Shown: positions 45,841-59,256, counted from the whole stretch's first letter. The stretch is DNA of 63,489 nt, filler included, from Lenisia limosa (GCA_001655205.1; 16 parts of 16 records of this genome joined end to end with filler, not necessarily neighbours in it); one strand, 5' to 3'. Numbers and translations are program-made. Notes: generated from the letters alone by a model not told the origin.

Positions 45841-47042
45841 GTGCGGGGGGGGGGGGGNNNNNNNNNNNNNNNNNNNNNNNNNNNNNNNNNNNNNNNNNNN
45901 NTTAATTAATTAANNNNNNNNNNNNNNNNNNNNNNNNNNNNNNNNNNNNNNNNNNNNGCAAAATTTGAAAAGCGGTCGCGGTTATGTTACAGGTCGCGGT
46001 CGTGTGCACTCACCTAAATGGGTAATAATATCAAATTATAACTTGGGCTTAACTTTGGCTCTAGAGGATTAATCGAGAAATAGTCTTTTTACCGAAGTGA
46101 AGCCCTAATTTTAACACTAAACACTCACAGTAATCTCGATGGGCACGAAATCAGAAGGACTGTAGATAACTTCGTGCTTGATAGATGAGTTGGGAAAATG
46201 GAAAATTAATGACAGATTAGTGCAGGTTCTCAGGTGGAAAATGGAAAATTAATGAAATAAATAGCCCAAAAATCAACTCTATCATGAACCTCCCCCCCCC
46301 CCATATTGCTTGTTTCGGTAAGGAAAAAGATCGTAACTTTAGAATATCTACATGTAGCTATATAATATTACCTATGATTAGGGCTTCCCTATGGTCCCAA
46401 AAAGTCCGATAAAATATTATTTATCGAAGATTTATCGAGCAATTATCTATTTGTACCGAATCCCTGTTATATGATATATAGCCCCCCTCCCCCCATACTG
46501 TGTCAGTAAAAAGCGACGTGAGCGTGAGGGCTTCTACCAAATTATGGCTCATTGAAAACCACTTGTCGAAACTGCAGGGGGGGGGGGGGGGNNNNNNNNN
46601 NNNNNNNNNNNNNNNNNNNNNNNNNNNNNNNNNNNNNNNNNNNNNCCCAAATCAACTCTGTTGTCTGACAACACACAATGGTTGAACAACATAAAAAACA
46701 AAGCCCAGGCCAGTTACTTCTGCAGCACCACATCCCATCACTCCAGCGTGCGTAAATATGCATCATCACCATAACGATCACCACCATCATTCTTATCTCT
46801 TTATCCTCATCGTCCTCATCATCATCAACAACAACAACATGCAGAAGCTCACAAGTCGTATCTAAATTGCAACGTGTTACTGCCGAACCCTTCTTGAAGA
46901 TCCAAAACCGTCTCAAGCGAAGTACTCGAAAGAGATGTGTCAAAAATTGTCCAAGTATCATTTTTATTGGAATACCTGAAGAAATCAGCGATATGGAATT
47001 GAAAATAAAGAATATCTATCAGTAAAAACCCATATCTAATTA

Positions 47043-47114
47043 CAGTGATTGGGATAAGTCTTGACCGATTTTCTATAGGAAATTACATTGCAAATAGGTC
47101 AAGACCGGCCACTG
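47043..47114. mobile_element. MITE family B copy
   Basis: TA|CAGTG..CACTG|TA with a small deletion in the right TIR. Confidence 0.8.
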
Positions 47115-47742
47115 TATATATGATTTGAACTGGCAGTTAGATCATGTTTAGGGCTTCGTGCAATAACTTTTTTGAAGAAATTAACTGACAACATTTGAAA
47201 TGAAATGTCTGAAATGGCGTTCCCACGATTCACGCTGGTCTGAATAAGACAGAAAAATATCGATAGTTTTCGAGAACTTATCGACAAATTCAGTCTTTTT
47301 TCGAACCGAAGTGAACAATATAATGGCTATTATGATTTGGGATTCCATTCGGTCCCAAAAAACTGAATTTCCTGATAAATCCTCGATAAATATGGATACT
47401 TTACCGGTCTTGTTCGGACCGTTGGGAAGCCTTATTATACATGCAATACCAATTGTATGCACTACTACAATCATATCTTTCCACACAAACCTAAAAGTGG
47501 CGTTTTGGAAGTGACCAGCATTAATCTCATCATCAATAGAGACTATGAACGTGAACATCACGGACCCTGCTGTGNNNNNNNNNNNNNNNNNNNNNNNNNN
47601 NNNNNNNNNNNNNNNNNNTTAATTAATTAANNNNNNNNNNNNNNNNNNNNNNNNNNNNNNNNNNNNNNNNNNNNGGGGGGGGGGGGTCGCTGAATGATTT
47701 GAGATTGGTAAGCCGTTCTCAGAGTAGATTTTCTGTATTCAG

Positions 47743-50700
47743 TATTTTCAACTCTTGAGAGTCTATGAGAAGGGTTCAAGCAGTTCACGATTACAGGACT
47801 GTCCGATTAACAGCGGAACCGCCCAAGTAGGCAGTAGCCTTGAAGACTGCATGTGTTTACAAGGTTTCTACCAAGCCTCGGAGGGAGGTAGGCTTAGGAA
47901 AGAGACCTTCTTTTTGGAATGCCCAATAACTCTGAAAATTGTATTTTCCTGCAGAGAATCTCAAACCAGCAGCGGACGTATTAGACTGCCGAGGCTGCCC
48001 TGATGGAGCGGAATGTGCTGGAGGAGCCTCTTTACCGACGTCATCTCCGGGATACTTCCGGTCGTCTTCCTCGGACCAGTTTGTCAAGTGCCCTGCTGAG
48101 GAGTATGCTTGTCAGGGATAATATATATAAAACATGAGGGTAAACAAAGCAAACAAATACTGTGGGGTGAGAACTGGATGAACGAAGCGGCTCACAACAG
48201 GGTATTTTGGTTGCTTCTAAAAACCAAAATGCCAGGTTCAGTGGTGGTCTCAAGGGATACTACTTGGCCTTCCCAAAAAAAGACTGAATTTCTCGATAAA
48301 TTCTCGATAAATATCGATATTTTGACGGTCTATTTCGGATCATAGGAAGGCCTAGATACTACATAATTGATCTGAATGGGAGGAGGGTTTTCTCACGAGT
48401 ATTAATATGTGTTATGTTGGAGTGATCCCATGTTCTAATATTTCAGTCGTGTAGCAATTCTACTCAAACTTATTGGATGACTGCTCTAGGGCGGGCTGTG
48501 TTGGCGGGTCCAGCTGTGCGAGAGGATATGAGGGATTTCTTTGCAGCCAGTGTGCGTCCCAGTATTACAAGGACGGTCAAAGCTGCAAGGTGAGGAGTCA
48601 TTCGATTCCATCCAAAAAAACCCCAGAATATTTCGATGCTACCTCAAAGACATTCGATAATTTGTCTTTTTGAACTGAATGGACTACCTGTTTCCACCTG
48701 TCGTTCGTTAGTATGAACTCTTCCCTAAGACTATGGTGCCCAGGTGTACCCCGGAATTTGAATTCATAAGGACTTTTCTCCACGATGCTAACCTCACAGG
48801 AATGCGAGTCTCAGGCAGAGTTTGTCTTCGGCCTGACCGTTGTGGTGGCTGTCCTGGTGATTGTCATCATTTTTGTGCTCAACTGGAGGCCCTCTCAGGA
48901 CGCTTCCGGTCTGGCATCCATCCGCATCTTGTTCCAGTTTATCCAGGTTTGACAAGGAGCCAGTGATCTCCAGGTTGCTCTAATGTATTTTTTTTTTTGA
49001 TTTTTTGATTACACGCTAGATCACTGGGCTCTACGGAGAGTTCGACTTGAAGTGGCCTGACTCGCTCCAAACGGTTTTTCACTACCTCTCGCTTCTCAAC
49101 TTCAACATCCAAGTTAGCTCGCGACTGATTGATGGGTTATGCGCTTCCCTACGGTTCCAAAAAAAGATTGAATTTCTCGACAAATCTTCGATAAATACCG
49201 ATATTATAACGGTCTTTTTCGGACATAGGGAAGCCCAAGTTATGGTTGTTTTGTTGTTCCAATATCACGTATGCTGGAGTGATGGGATGCGGTTCTGCAG
49301 AAGCAACTGGCCTGGGCTTTGTTTGTTTGTTTTTTGTTATTAACCCTGTCCCCCAACAGAGTTGATTTGTTTTTTTTTTCATAAATTTTCCCGTTTCACT
49401 CCCCCAGGTCTCGAGGCCGGAGTGCAGCATTGGAAACTCTATCGGGTTCTACGGTTTCCATGCCATCAAGCTTGGACTCCTCGCCTCTGTGTTTGTTGTC
49501 ATCCTCGTCTGCTTCCTTCTGGCCTTCTTGTTTTCTCGTGACTTGCAAACGTCTAAGTAGGCTCTTTGTTTCAGAATGGGGGTTGGGACAAACATACACA
49601 AGTATTCTATTTCTCACTTCCAGGATTACGCTGATCCGAACCAGTACTCTCATGGCTACTCTCCTATACCTCCCAATGACAATGGTGGGCTAGCACCTTT
49701 TCCACAAGGACTTCCCTATGATCCGAAAAAAAGTAAAATATCAACATTTCTCGATGATTTCTCAAGAAATCTGTTTTTTTTTTATTTTTTTTTATTATTA
49801 TTTTTTTTTGGGGGGGGGGGGGGNNNNNNNNNNNNNNNNNNNNNNNNNNNNNNNNNNNNNNNNNNNNNNNNNNNNNNNNNNNNNNNNNNNNNNNNNNNNN
49901 NNNNNNNNNNNNNNNNNNNNTTGACTATCTGAAATGCACAGAATCAGAAGACGGGCGCTGGGCGCTCGAAGCCAGTTGGCGGGGTTAGTAAAGTCTCTGT
50001 TGAAACTAGGATCATAGAGATCTTTTTTTTGAGGTAAAGTCTCTATTTAAACTAGGATCATTGAGATAAAGTCTCTATTGAAACTAGGATCATTGAGATC
50101 CAGCAGGGTTGTGCGTAATACCAAAACTAAAGAGTTCACCCGAGCCAGTCTATTCAGCGACAGGGATATCAGTCAAACTAGGCCCTTGTTTTGAAGTATT
50201 CTGAACTTCACAATAAGTACTAATAGGCTATTGCGGGCAAGAGCGAAAACCTCATTAATCTATTCAGGTCCAACCGAGGAGTGTTACACTGGAGACCATG
50301 CCAAGTACCTTCCATACGCGTTGTTTTCAATCTGTGCGTTAGGAAAGTTATAAGGAGTTCTTTTGGTTGCAGATGTCTGCCGTATTTGACGCTGTGTAGT
50401 AATCACGGCTTTGGCCGGACCTCTCGTTGTTATTTATGTCCTGCTTCGCAACAACCCTGATGACCCTCTTACCAAGCAAAAGTGGGCTGTTCACTCGACA
50501 TTGTAGACATCTTGTTCATTTTATAAACTTTTTTTTATTATAAGCGTATCTTCCTTGAATGACTTTTGGGTTCTAGTTTGTCACCTGGTATATTTTTTCT
50601 GCCCAGTAACCCAATCCTAGGTACTCATTTCTATATCTCCGATTCTGCCCTGAATTCAGACTGTATGAAATATGGTAAGCTCATATCGGTACAACTTCCA

Positions 50701-52095
50701 TAAGAACTGCATTTCTTATCTCTTTGGAACATCAAGTGAGTTAGAATTTGTGATGGGTAAAAGTATCTCCACACATGATAACCGCACGCAGTTTATTTGC
50801 GCGGACGTTGACAGTTTGTGTGGCCTTCAAAGTCATGAAGACTGCTGTATCTCAGGTGGGCTAGTTAGAAAGGAGCGGGTATTTTCATCCACTCTTGTTT
50901 GGTATTGATATCTAAGATAATATTGATGTTGCACAAAAATAGAATATTTAATCATCCTTGCTTGCTCACCAGCGAGCTCAATGCTTAGGGCGTTCTGATG
51001 CTGACATTCCTTTGTATTGCTCTCGGCGTTCATGTCAACACTCATCCATATCGGTAAGCCCTGGAATAAATATGTCTCATGACCGGGATAAGTCTTGACC
51101 GATTTGCCATGCGATTTTCCAAGGAAAGTCGGTCAAGACCTATCCCGGTCACTGTATATATATGTAGGTTTAATGAACTTGAGATGCTGAAGACTGATGG
51201 ATTTGCTTCATTTTAGGACCTCATCACTACGGCGCATCGACTTGGGGTTCTTGTGAAATCGTTGGAATTAGCATCTTTTACATGGGAATCCCATGGAATT
51301 TTATGGAAATCTGAAGAAATTTTTGGGATCCCAAGTACTATCAGGGAATTCCAAGTCTATGCGCCGTAATGGTGTAGATACTCTGTTCTCAATGGGCTGG
51401 ACCTGAAGGGGCTCATCGCCAACATCACCACTCTGGCTGCAGGTAGGCCTGAACTGCCCTACTACACAATGACTTTTGGGGGATTCTTATGTTTCTTAGG
51501 AATGCCATGGAATTTATGGAAATTGGAAGAAATTATATTTATATCTGTAATTTCCAAATATATATCATATGTACTACATGGGAATTAAGTCGATGCGCCA
51601 TAGTGCGAGTCTCCCCTCACCTCAGGCCTGACTTTCAACTCGGAGTCCATGAACACCAGTACCACCAACTTCATGGCTGCTCTCATTCTGGGGCTCCTCA
51701 TCGTCACAATTATGTTCGCGGTGTATGCGCTCTATTTGGAAGCGCAGAGGGAAGTTGTCAAGGTTAGCAGAGGGGGCGGGGGTGAAGAGATACAGTTAGG
51801 GGTTCACTCGGTCAAAGAAAGACTCTATATCTCTAAAAAGCTATCGGTAATTTACCGGTCTTTTTCGAACCGAAGTGAATCTGTACATACAGTCGATGCT
51901 AAGTTGTTTTGTTGAACGCTGTTTTTTTTTTTTCTTTGAAGGGATTCTCTTTTCTTTAATAATAAAACAGAGAGGTTTTGTTATCCCCCCTTCTCCCACC
52001 CTGCTTATCTCGGATAGAAGGACGACGTTCTTGTGGGATTCGAGGAAGCCGTCTACAATGACTGTGTAACCTTTGATTCGGTTTCTATGAGCTGA
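47743..52095 (+). CDS. Cys-rich ectodomain (GCC2_GCC3/ephrin-receptor-like repeats) plus multi-pass (about 7 TM) membrane protein; 5' end cut by spacer
   Basis: CPINSGTAQVGSSLEDCMCLQGFY; CRGCPDGAECAGG..PGYFR; CARGYEGFLCSQCASQYYK; then hydrophobic exons FVFGLTVVVAVLVIVIIFVLNW..IRILFQFIQ|ITGLYGEFDLKWPDSLQTVFHYLSLLNFNIQ|VSRPECS; YSFLYLRF; FMAALILGLLIVTIMFAVYALYLE. Stop TGA at 52093-52095. Confidence 0.8.
49268..49407 (+). repeat. Repeat family C, near-complete copy ending at the splice acceptor
   Basis: CGTATGCTGGAGTGATGGGATGCGGTTCTGCAGAAGCAACTGGCCTGGGCTTTG..CAACAGAGTTGATTT..TTCATAAATTTTCCCGTTTCACTCCCCCAG|exon. Confidence 0.88.
49987..50100. repeat. Three tandem copies of TAAAGTCTCT(G/A)TT(G/T)AAACTAGGATCAT
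   Basis: Directly visible, inside an intron of the membrane-protein gene. Confidence 0.85.
51079..51154. mobile_element. MITE family B copy
   Basis: Same TIRs. Degenerate or partial copies also at ~17390, 24483, 30105-30236, 53057-53129 and 58543. Confidence 0.85.
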
Positions 52096-52804
52096 CCTGT
52101 ATTATAGTGTTGTAGAGTATTATTATTATTTTATGTTAGTATGTGTTTTATTATTTGGGGTTGATGTATGAATGCATCATGTGAAGTGCCAATGGTATTA
52201 GGGGTTGTGATTGGTATTGATTACCTAGCATTTTGTTGCTGACTTGATAATGCTGGGAGGGGTAGTGCTGGAGGTTATTTTGCCGGGGGGCTAACCTTCC
52301 TTGATTGGATGTTAGGGGGTCGCTAAAGTACCAATCTATTCTTCCCAAAGGCGATAAAAATAATCAAATATAATTTATTCAGGCGGTTTGCACTTCTCCA
52401 AAACACAAGATAATACATTAACTGTGTACTGCGGTTTCTAAAACACAAGATAATTTTATCATATCATATATAATATGTATTATTTCTCAAGAAAGATCCA
52501 GTAGAATTGAGCAGATCAGCGGCTGGCATGCTATTGCGCTCATGTCGACCATTCTTATCTGAAAGGGGTGAGCTTTAGTGGGGGCAGATAGGGATAAAAT
52601 GTAAGAACACAAGGGTGAAAAAAGCGGGTCAGCAGGGGGGGGGGGGNNNNNNNNNNNNNNNNNNNNNNNNNNNNNNNNNNNNNNNNNNNNNNNNNNNNNN
52701 NNNNNNNNNNNNNNNNNNNNNNNNNNNNNNNNNNNNNNNNNNNNNNNNNNNNNNNNNNNNNNNNNNNNNNNNNNNNNNNNNNNNNNNNNNNNNNNNNNNN
52801 NNNN

Positions 52805-55800
52805 TGCGCCGCCAGCTCCACTGCGGTGTAGTCCTAGCCATAATGAGAAGTTCCGTTATTGCATGGGTTTAAAACATTATTCAGACACTACTATGTTGAA
52901 TATAACGCCAACTATGATTTTTAAGAAATCATAATTGATGAATAAGCTTCCAGGGGGTTAGGGAAAAAATAAAGAGTGCCTTCCCCTCTTGCATGAACTG
53001 TATAAGTTGGTGGGAGGAACAATAGAAGGGGAAGGAAGGGGAGTCACCATAAACTACAGGGACCAGGATAAGTTTTGACCAATTTGTTTTGTGATTTCCA
53101 AAGAAAAATAAGACTTATCCAAATCTCTGTACATGTACGCTCCTAAGAAAGCGTTAGAAACCAGATTAGAGTGCCTTCCGGCCAGCATAAAGGATTGTGT
53201 AATAAGTTGATGGAAGGAATAATTATTCCTGACAAGCACAAATAAATGGTTGTCACACCTCATTGTTTCTTGCATCAATATGCACAGCAGCCCTCAATAA
53301 AGTGGGCAAAAGCTTGTATCTCCCTCTTCTGCAGCATTTGTGGAGAGGGGTGTCTCCCTGAAGAGTAATACCATTGGTTTAATCCAATCGTGTTCCACTT
53401 TATAAGCCAACTTCATTGTCACATTGTGATACGCTGGCTTTGTGCTTCAGTAAGACTGTCAGGTCGGAGATATGACCAGACATGCAGGCGTGTGCCAGTG
53501 GGGTTCTTCCCTAAAATATAAAAGAACTTCTCAACATTATCAGAGCGGATGGAAGACTATTATTATTAGGGATTCCGCATGCCTCAAAAAGCTCGATAAA
53601 TTCTCGATAAATATGGATATTTGACCGGTATTTTTCGGACCGATGGGAAGCCCTATTATAATTGATTGGAGACATAAATAAGGCCAGAAACTGCCCAAAG
53701 CCCCACTCGTGAGTCCGCGTAATTGACATTACAATTTGCCTCGCAGAGAAGCTTTGTGATCCGAGTTTTGCCAAAAAGGCAAGACAAGATCAACGCTGTC
53801 CTTTCCTAAAGGAATCAGTATTGACTTGTATGAACTCCAACAATACAGTTATTAGACCCCCATCCCCCACTTGCAGATCAGAAATATGTAAAGAGGCTTT
53901 GGAGGTTATCAGAAGCTCCGCAATTTCAACATGATCTCCCAACAGTGCTCGATGAAGTGCTGTGCTACCCTGAGCTGTTATAGCCCCAAAAAGGACCGTT
54001 TAAATATATCATATCTGATATTGTTTCAAAGATTTATCGAGAACTTCAGTCTTTTTTGGGACCGCAGGGAAGCTCTGTTTGAATCTCTGATGCTTTTAAC
54101 TCACTGATCCAAAGCACGAATGTATTTCAAAAAGCACCTCTTTGATACAAAACGCCTGACACTCTCACTTGTAAGTCTTGTAAGTCAACCGCTCCTTGTT
54201 TCTTATGGTCAAGTCTGCCCAAAATGTAGCGTACAACGTCAGTGTGACCGTTCTTACTTGCTGCAATCAGCGGGGTTTCCTTAAGCAGGTCAAAATTGCC
54301 CGAAACATTTTTCAACAGAAAAACAATTTGTTACCACGCGTGCCCACCTTCAGAGTACCATTGTCCTTCTCAATAAGAGGGCAAACATCATGGCAAGTGA
54401 GAAGCTCGACCACTTTCAAGTGTCCGTTCAAGGCTGCAAAGTAGATGGGAGAGCAGTTCTATGGGATGGGGTAACGAAACCAATAGTGATGAAATATAGG
54501 GAGAGGCGTTAATCTTTTGGACAAAACGGAAGAGACGATTGAGAAACTGTTGAAAAAGGCATGGTAAAGTCGTCCGTACGCCCTCTCAGACAAAAAAAAG
54601 AAAACCTCACGTTGCTCACGTTATTATCAACAGCAGAACATGAAACGCCCTTTTTGGCCAGGAAATATGTGATCAGATAATGCCCCTCGCGGCAGGCAAT
54701 ACCCACGAGGCTGGTGCCCTGGGGGTAATGAATATGTATTCACGTGTCATTGGTATAATTAATATAATTACAATCATGTAACAACCCACTTTTCTGTTAG
54801 ACGTATGGGGGCATATAGGGAACAAGTACTTCACTGTTTTCAAATGTCCGTTTTTACATGCATTAAACAGAGGACTTTCTCCCTGTACAGTAAATCTAAG
54901 GCAAATAGTAGAGCATAGTATGTGTAAAGCAATTGCAAAGGCAAACATAGCATATTTTATCATGAGTTTCTTCTGAAGCCATATTATGTCCCCAAAAGTA
55001 ATAACTGTACTGCAAATTGACACTGATCCAAATAATTCTAGGTGACACAATAATAGCTATGTGAAATAAAAAATAAGATAGTATCTGGCAGAAGCCGTCC
55101 ACGCCCATCCCAATCACATCACTGTCATCCTCAAAGTTTCTATAGCCCACCTCAAAATTCAAGCTGTAATCCACCTTTTTAGAGCACAGGAACTGAATGA
55201 CTTCTAAATGCCCCATACTGGCACTGAAGTTGAGCGCCGTGTTACCCTGTGACCAGTAAGGGATTTCTTAATACTATTATGATGATGATAAGTCAAGAGG
55301 AAGAAGGAAGGAAAAAACGGGGTCAACGCCAAACAATGGAGCGTCTTTGTGGTTATTATTAATGCATTGAAGTTCAAAGCTGCCTTGGTTCAAAGGGTTC
55401 AGTTGGCTTGACCCAGAAAGGACAGAACACTGGGATAGAAAGCCATAGTTTGAGACAAAAAAGAGAACTGCCTTTAGTAAGGGTTAAGTTGGCTTGGTGT
55501 AGAAAGAGGGGACAGGCAAATAACTCAAGGCTTGATAGGCGTGATTGGTTACAAAAAAGATATTAAACTGAAGCCATCCTAGGGGTATAAATAAACAAGT
55601 TTACCACCTGTGGCCAACAGCTTTCCGCTTATTAACAGCATGCAATTCAAGCCCCTCCCCTCACGTGGGATGTTTGGTAGTTGAGTTTGGCCCCCTTAGA
55701 GACGAGGAGTTTGACTAAAAGAATGTGACCACTCTTCGCAGCCACATGCAAGGCGGTTTCACCCTAAACATAAAAAAGTACGTTAGAAGGTCTTATTGGT

Positions 55801-56017
55801 TTGTTTAGAGACCAAGAGGCAGAGTCTTGGTGATATGAATTTTGGTACTTGGTTGATATAGAAAAAAACGTCCACATCCCTCCTTGTCCATTCCCAACCC
55901 ACGATTAGGTTCTTCTTGTTGATATTGGCCCCCTTAGCGATGAGGCACTTGGCAATGGCAAAGTGTCCATTGAGGCTCGCGAGGAAAAGCGGAGTTTGCT
56001 CGCTCTTTGCGTTGCCC
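52805..56017 (-). CDS. Ankyrin-repeat protein, about 10 repeats, roughly one per exon
   Basis: EQTPLFLASLNGHFAIAKCLIAKGANIN; GETALHVAAKSGH; GNTALNFSASMGHLEVIQFL; GESPLFNACKNGHLKTVKYL; ETPLIAASKNGHTDVVRYIL; GSTALHRALLGDHVEIAELL; GRTPLAHACMSGH; GDTPLHKCCRRG. Confidence 0.92.
53569..53653. mobile_element. MITE family A' copy in ankyrin-gene intron
   Basis: TA|GGGATTCC..GGGAAGCCC|TA, core CTCGATAAATTCTCGATAAAT. Confidence 0.8.
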
Positions 56018-56339
56018 TTGACGGTAATGACGGATTTACGAATTGTTATGCGCCATTTTGTTGCCAATGAGTGCATTTGTAAAAAGAGATGTGTAATGAA
56101 GAGGTTTTAATATCAAAATATATTCTAGTGCCAAGATATTTGGCATCATCTAGTATATCATATAGCAATGAGAAATAAACAAATAAAGATGTATCTGGCC
56201 GAAGCCGTCNNNNNNNNNNNNNNNNNNNNNNNNNNNNNNNNNNNNNNNNNNNNTTAATTAATTAANNNNNNNNNNNNNNNNNNNNNNNNNNNNNNNNNNN
56301 NNNNNNNNNCCCAAACCCTATTCCCCTGCTGTAAACAAA

Positions 56340-58770
56340 CCTGGACATGGGTGAGCCCTTCGAGGAACAAATCAATGGCTCCCTGGTGAGGTCAAATCCG
56401 ATACAAGTAATCCAATACTACAATCAAATCCAACACTACAGTCAAATCCAATACTAAGTATCCAATACAATGAATCCAATATATGCTTCGTATTTCTCAT
56501 CTCCATATATCATATCATATACAATGTGATATATATTCATATTACAATAAAAGAGCAATCTGGTAGAGGCCGACAACACCATTAGAAAGATGCTAATTTT
56601 AATGATTTACAAAATATTTTAGCAACACTATGACTTGATCCTAACTTTTACATTGTTCCTGTTTAAACAACAACAAAAAAAAACTAGTACTCCATGCAAT
56701 TAATATTTTGAAGAAATTGATTGACAAATTTGAAATTAAAGTGTCTGAAATGGAACTCCCATGACAAAAATATCTCACTTCAAATTTTGCAATAGATATT
56801 TCAATGAATTGCACGGAGCTCTACAAACAACAAAAAACTATTACGAACCTGAGTCATCTCGTCATGTTTTGACCGCTGGTGATGCAGAACATCAAGCCTA
56901 TTGCCAGCTACCATAACACTAGAGCGCTAAGCTTGGGGAAGTTGTACCGCATACAAAGGAAGCCATATCACAGCAAAAAAAGATGAATATAATACATAAC
57001 AGAAAGCAACAGCTTTGAACGTTAAAAACTTGTCCTATCTCAGAGTAAATCAAATCACTCTCTTTTTAAGACCTTTTCAGCCAAGATTTCAAATAATATA
57101 GATTATTTCATATCATATAGTATATAAACAACATTGAGAAGCCCTGCGAAAATGAACACCAACCTACCTAATTTCGGAGTCAGACGTGAACTCATCAAGC
57201 TTGGAGTGGACAAAAGACTCGTGTAATCGGTCACGTGGCATCAAAGGGGTCAAAATATCCACATCGTCAACATCTGAAATCTGAGGGGGTAAACTAGAAA
57301 ATTTATGAAACAGAAAAAGTCCAAATAGACAACACGCAAAGGTTGATAACAACTCGCTTCTGCAGCACCGCATCCTATCTTAAAATTGGAAAATTTATGA
57401 AACAAAAAAGTCCAAATCAACTCTGTTGGCTTACAACACACGAGGGTTGACAACAACAAAACAAACAAGGGAGGNNNNNNNNNNNNNNNNNNNNNNNNNN
57501 NNNNNNNNNNNNNNNNNNNNNNNNNNNNNNNNNNNNNNNNNNNNNNNNNNNNNNNNNNNNNNNNNNNNNNNNNNNNNNNNNNNNNNNNNNNNNNNNNNNN
57601 NNNNNNNNNNNNNNNNNNNNNNNNNNNNNNNNNNNNNNNNNNNNNNNNNNNCAGGTCCGCCCAAAACGGTCAATGCTGGCAGCTCCGGACCAACATAGCG
57701 CGTACGGAGTCCGGCTGGGATATTAAGGATATTTGATTTATTGGGATGAGTAATACTAAAATTATATAATATAGACCAGGAAATATAGTATAATATCAAT
57801 TATGAACATTACCTGATTTTAGCTGGCGAAAGACATTGTCGCTACTGATTGCTTTGGCAGCATAGTTGGTTGGTACTACAGTTGTTAGGCATGGCGCGGG
57901 CATATTTTCTATTAAAAAAATCAATATAGCTACTACGCTAATAAAACTCCATTGCTTTATATTAGTGTAAACATACAACAGCATTTCATATAGCAATGAA
58001 AACTAAAAAAAAAGGTTGTATCTNNNNNNNNNNCCCAATCAGTCTCACCTTTTCCAGTGAAAAACGAAGTGTACAAAGCAGTGGAGAATTTAAAGCCGGT
58101 ATTAAGGATTCGATGGGAATGGACATGTTCATTAAACTCCTGGCGCTTCAGATAGGGCTGAGGGGGGGGGGGGGGNNNNNNNNNNNNNNNNNNNNNNNNN
58201 NNNNNNNNNNNNNNNNNNNNNNNNNNNNNNNNNNNNNNNNNNNNNNNNNNNNNNNNNNNNNNNNNNNNNNNNNNNNNNNNNNNNNNNNNNCACACCACAA
58301 GGGTTGATAACAACAAAACAAAAAAAGCCCAGGCAAGTCGCTTCTGTAGCAAGGGTTATATGGGAAAATTTTGGGCCAGGAATATTGACTTTTGTTAGGA
58401 GAAATGCCGCACCCTATCCACTCATATGACTGACTTTCGATTCCAAATGATGAACATACTGTATGTACACGAGGATTACGAAAACACACATACATGTTCT
58501 GAAAGAATCTTCTCATACCGAAATGAAATTATAATTGAAATACACTGACCGTGATAAGTCGTGACATGATTGACTCAGGATAAAGCTCAATATCCCTGTC
58601 AGGACTTATGTGGTGCCCTACTCTTCAACAAACCTCAAATTGATCAAAAGCCAGGGAGTCCACAAATAGCCACACAAATTTCTTGAATGATACTGGGGCG
58701 CCGGGGTGACCAGGGACATTCGACGCTGGCGGACCTCGTTCACACGGGACGGACGGGAGGGTCTGGGTAA
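56340..58770 (-). CDS. Hypothetical exons, possibly the 5' part of the ankyrin gene
   Basis: Open AG..GT blocks such as RSSVMVAGNRLDVLHHQRSKHDEMTQ, ISDVDDVDILTPLMPRDRLHESFVHSKLDEFTSDSEI and PYLKRQEFNEHVHSHRILNTGFKFSTALYTSFFTGK. The link across the spacer at 56210 is unproven. Confidence 0.5.
56687..56821. mobile_element. MITE family F copy
   Basis: TA|GTACTCCATGCAATT..AATTGCACGGAGCTC|TA. Confidence 0.7.
57281..57470 (-). repeat. Two head-to-tail repeat C copies ending at an acceptor
   Basis: Terminal copy ends TTTACCCCCTCAG|. Other C copies at ~12645, 21000, 22286, 24755, 27415-27604, 29610, 31580-31690, 42287, 46245, 46646, 58291, 59390, 59626 and 60152. Confidence 0.85.
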
Positions 58771-59256
58771 TTAGTCTCTCTCATTTTTATTATGAAATAG
58801 AGTTAAACTTCGATGTTTGATAATCATAATGAGAGTTTCAAAAGGAGGGGATTGGGAGCTGGAAAATATTATTATGTACAATTCAATATCTCTTATAAGC
58901 GTGANNNNNNNNNNNNNNNNNNNNNNNNNNNNNNNNNNNNNNNNNNNNTTAATTAATTAANNNNNNNNNNNNNNNNNNNNNNNNNNNNNNNNNNNNNNNN
59001 NNNNCCCCCCCCCCCCGCACGGGCAGAGGAGGGCCTCTCATAACTATTTCGCATTTATCCGCTACAGGTACATACATTTCTGGTATCCCTATGTTTTTTG
59101 TATATTGTTTCTGATATCCCTATGTTTCCCTAGATTCCTTGTATATTGTTTCTGGTATCCCTATGTTCCTTTTATATTATTTCTCTTGCTAAAAAAAAAC
59201 GAGCCCCCCCCCCCCCTTCTCACGGTCAGAAGAGNNNNNNNNNNNNNNNNNNNNNN

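Noticed and set aside
49268-49330. Repeat C as an intronic C/D snoRNA or tRNA-derived SINE
   Set aside because: Only a partial C-box-like GTGATG; no CTGA D box in place and no Pol III A/B boxes.
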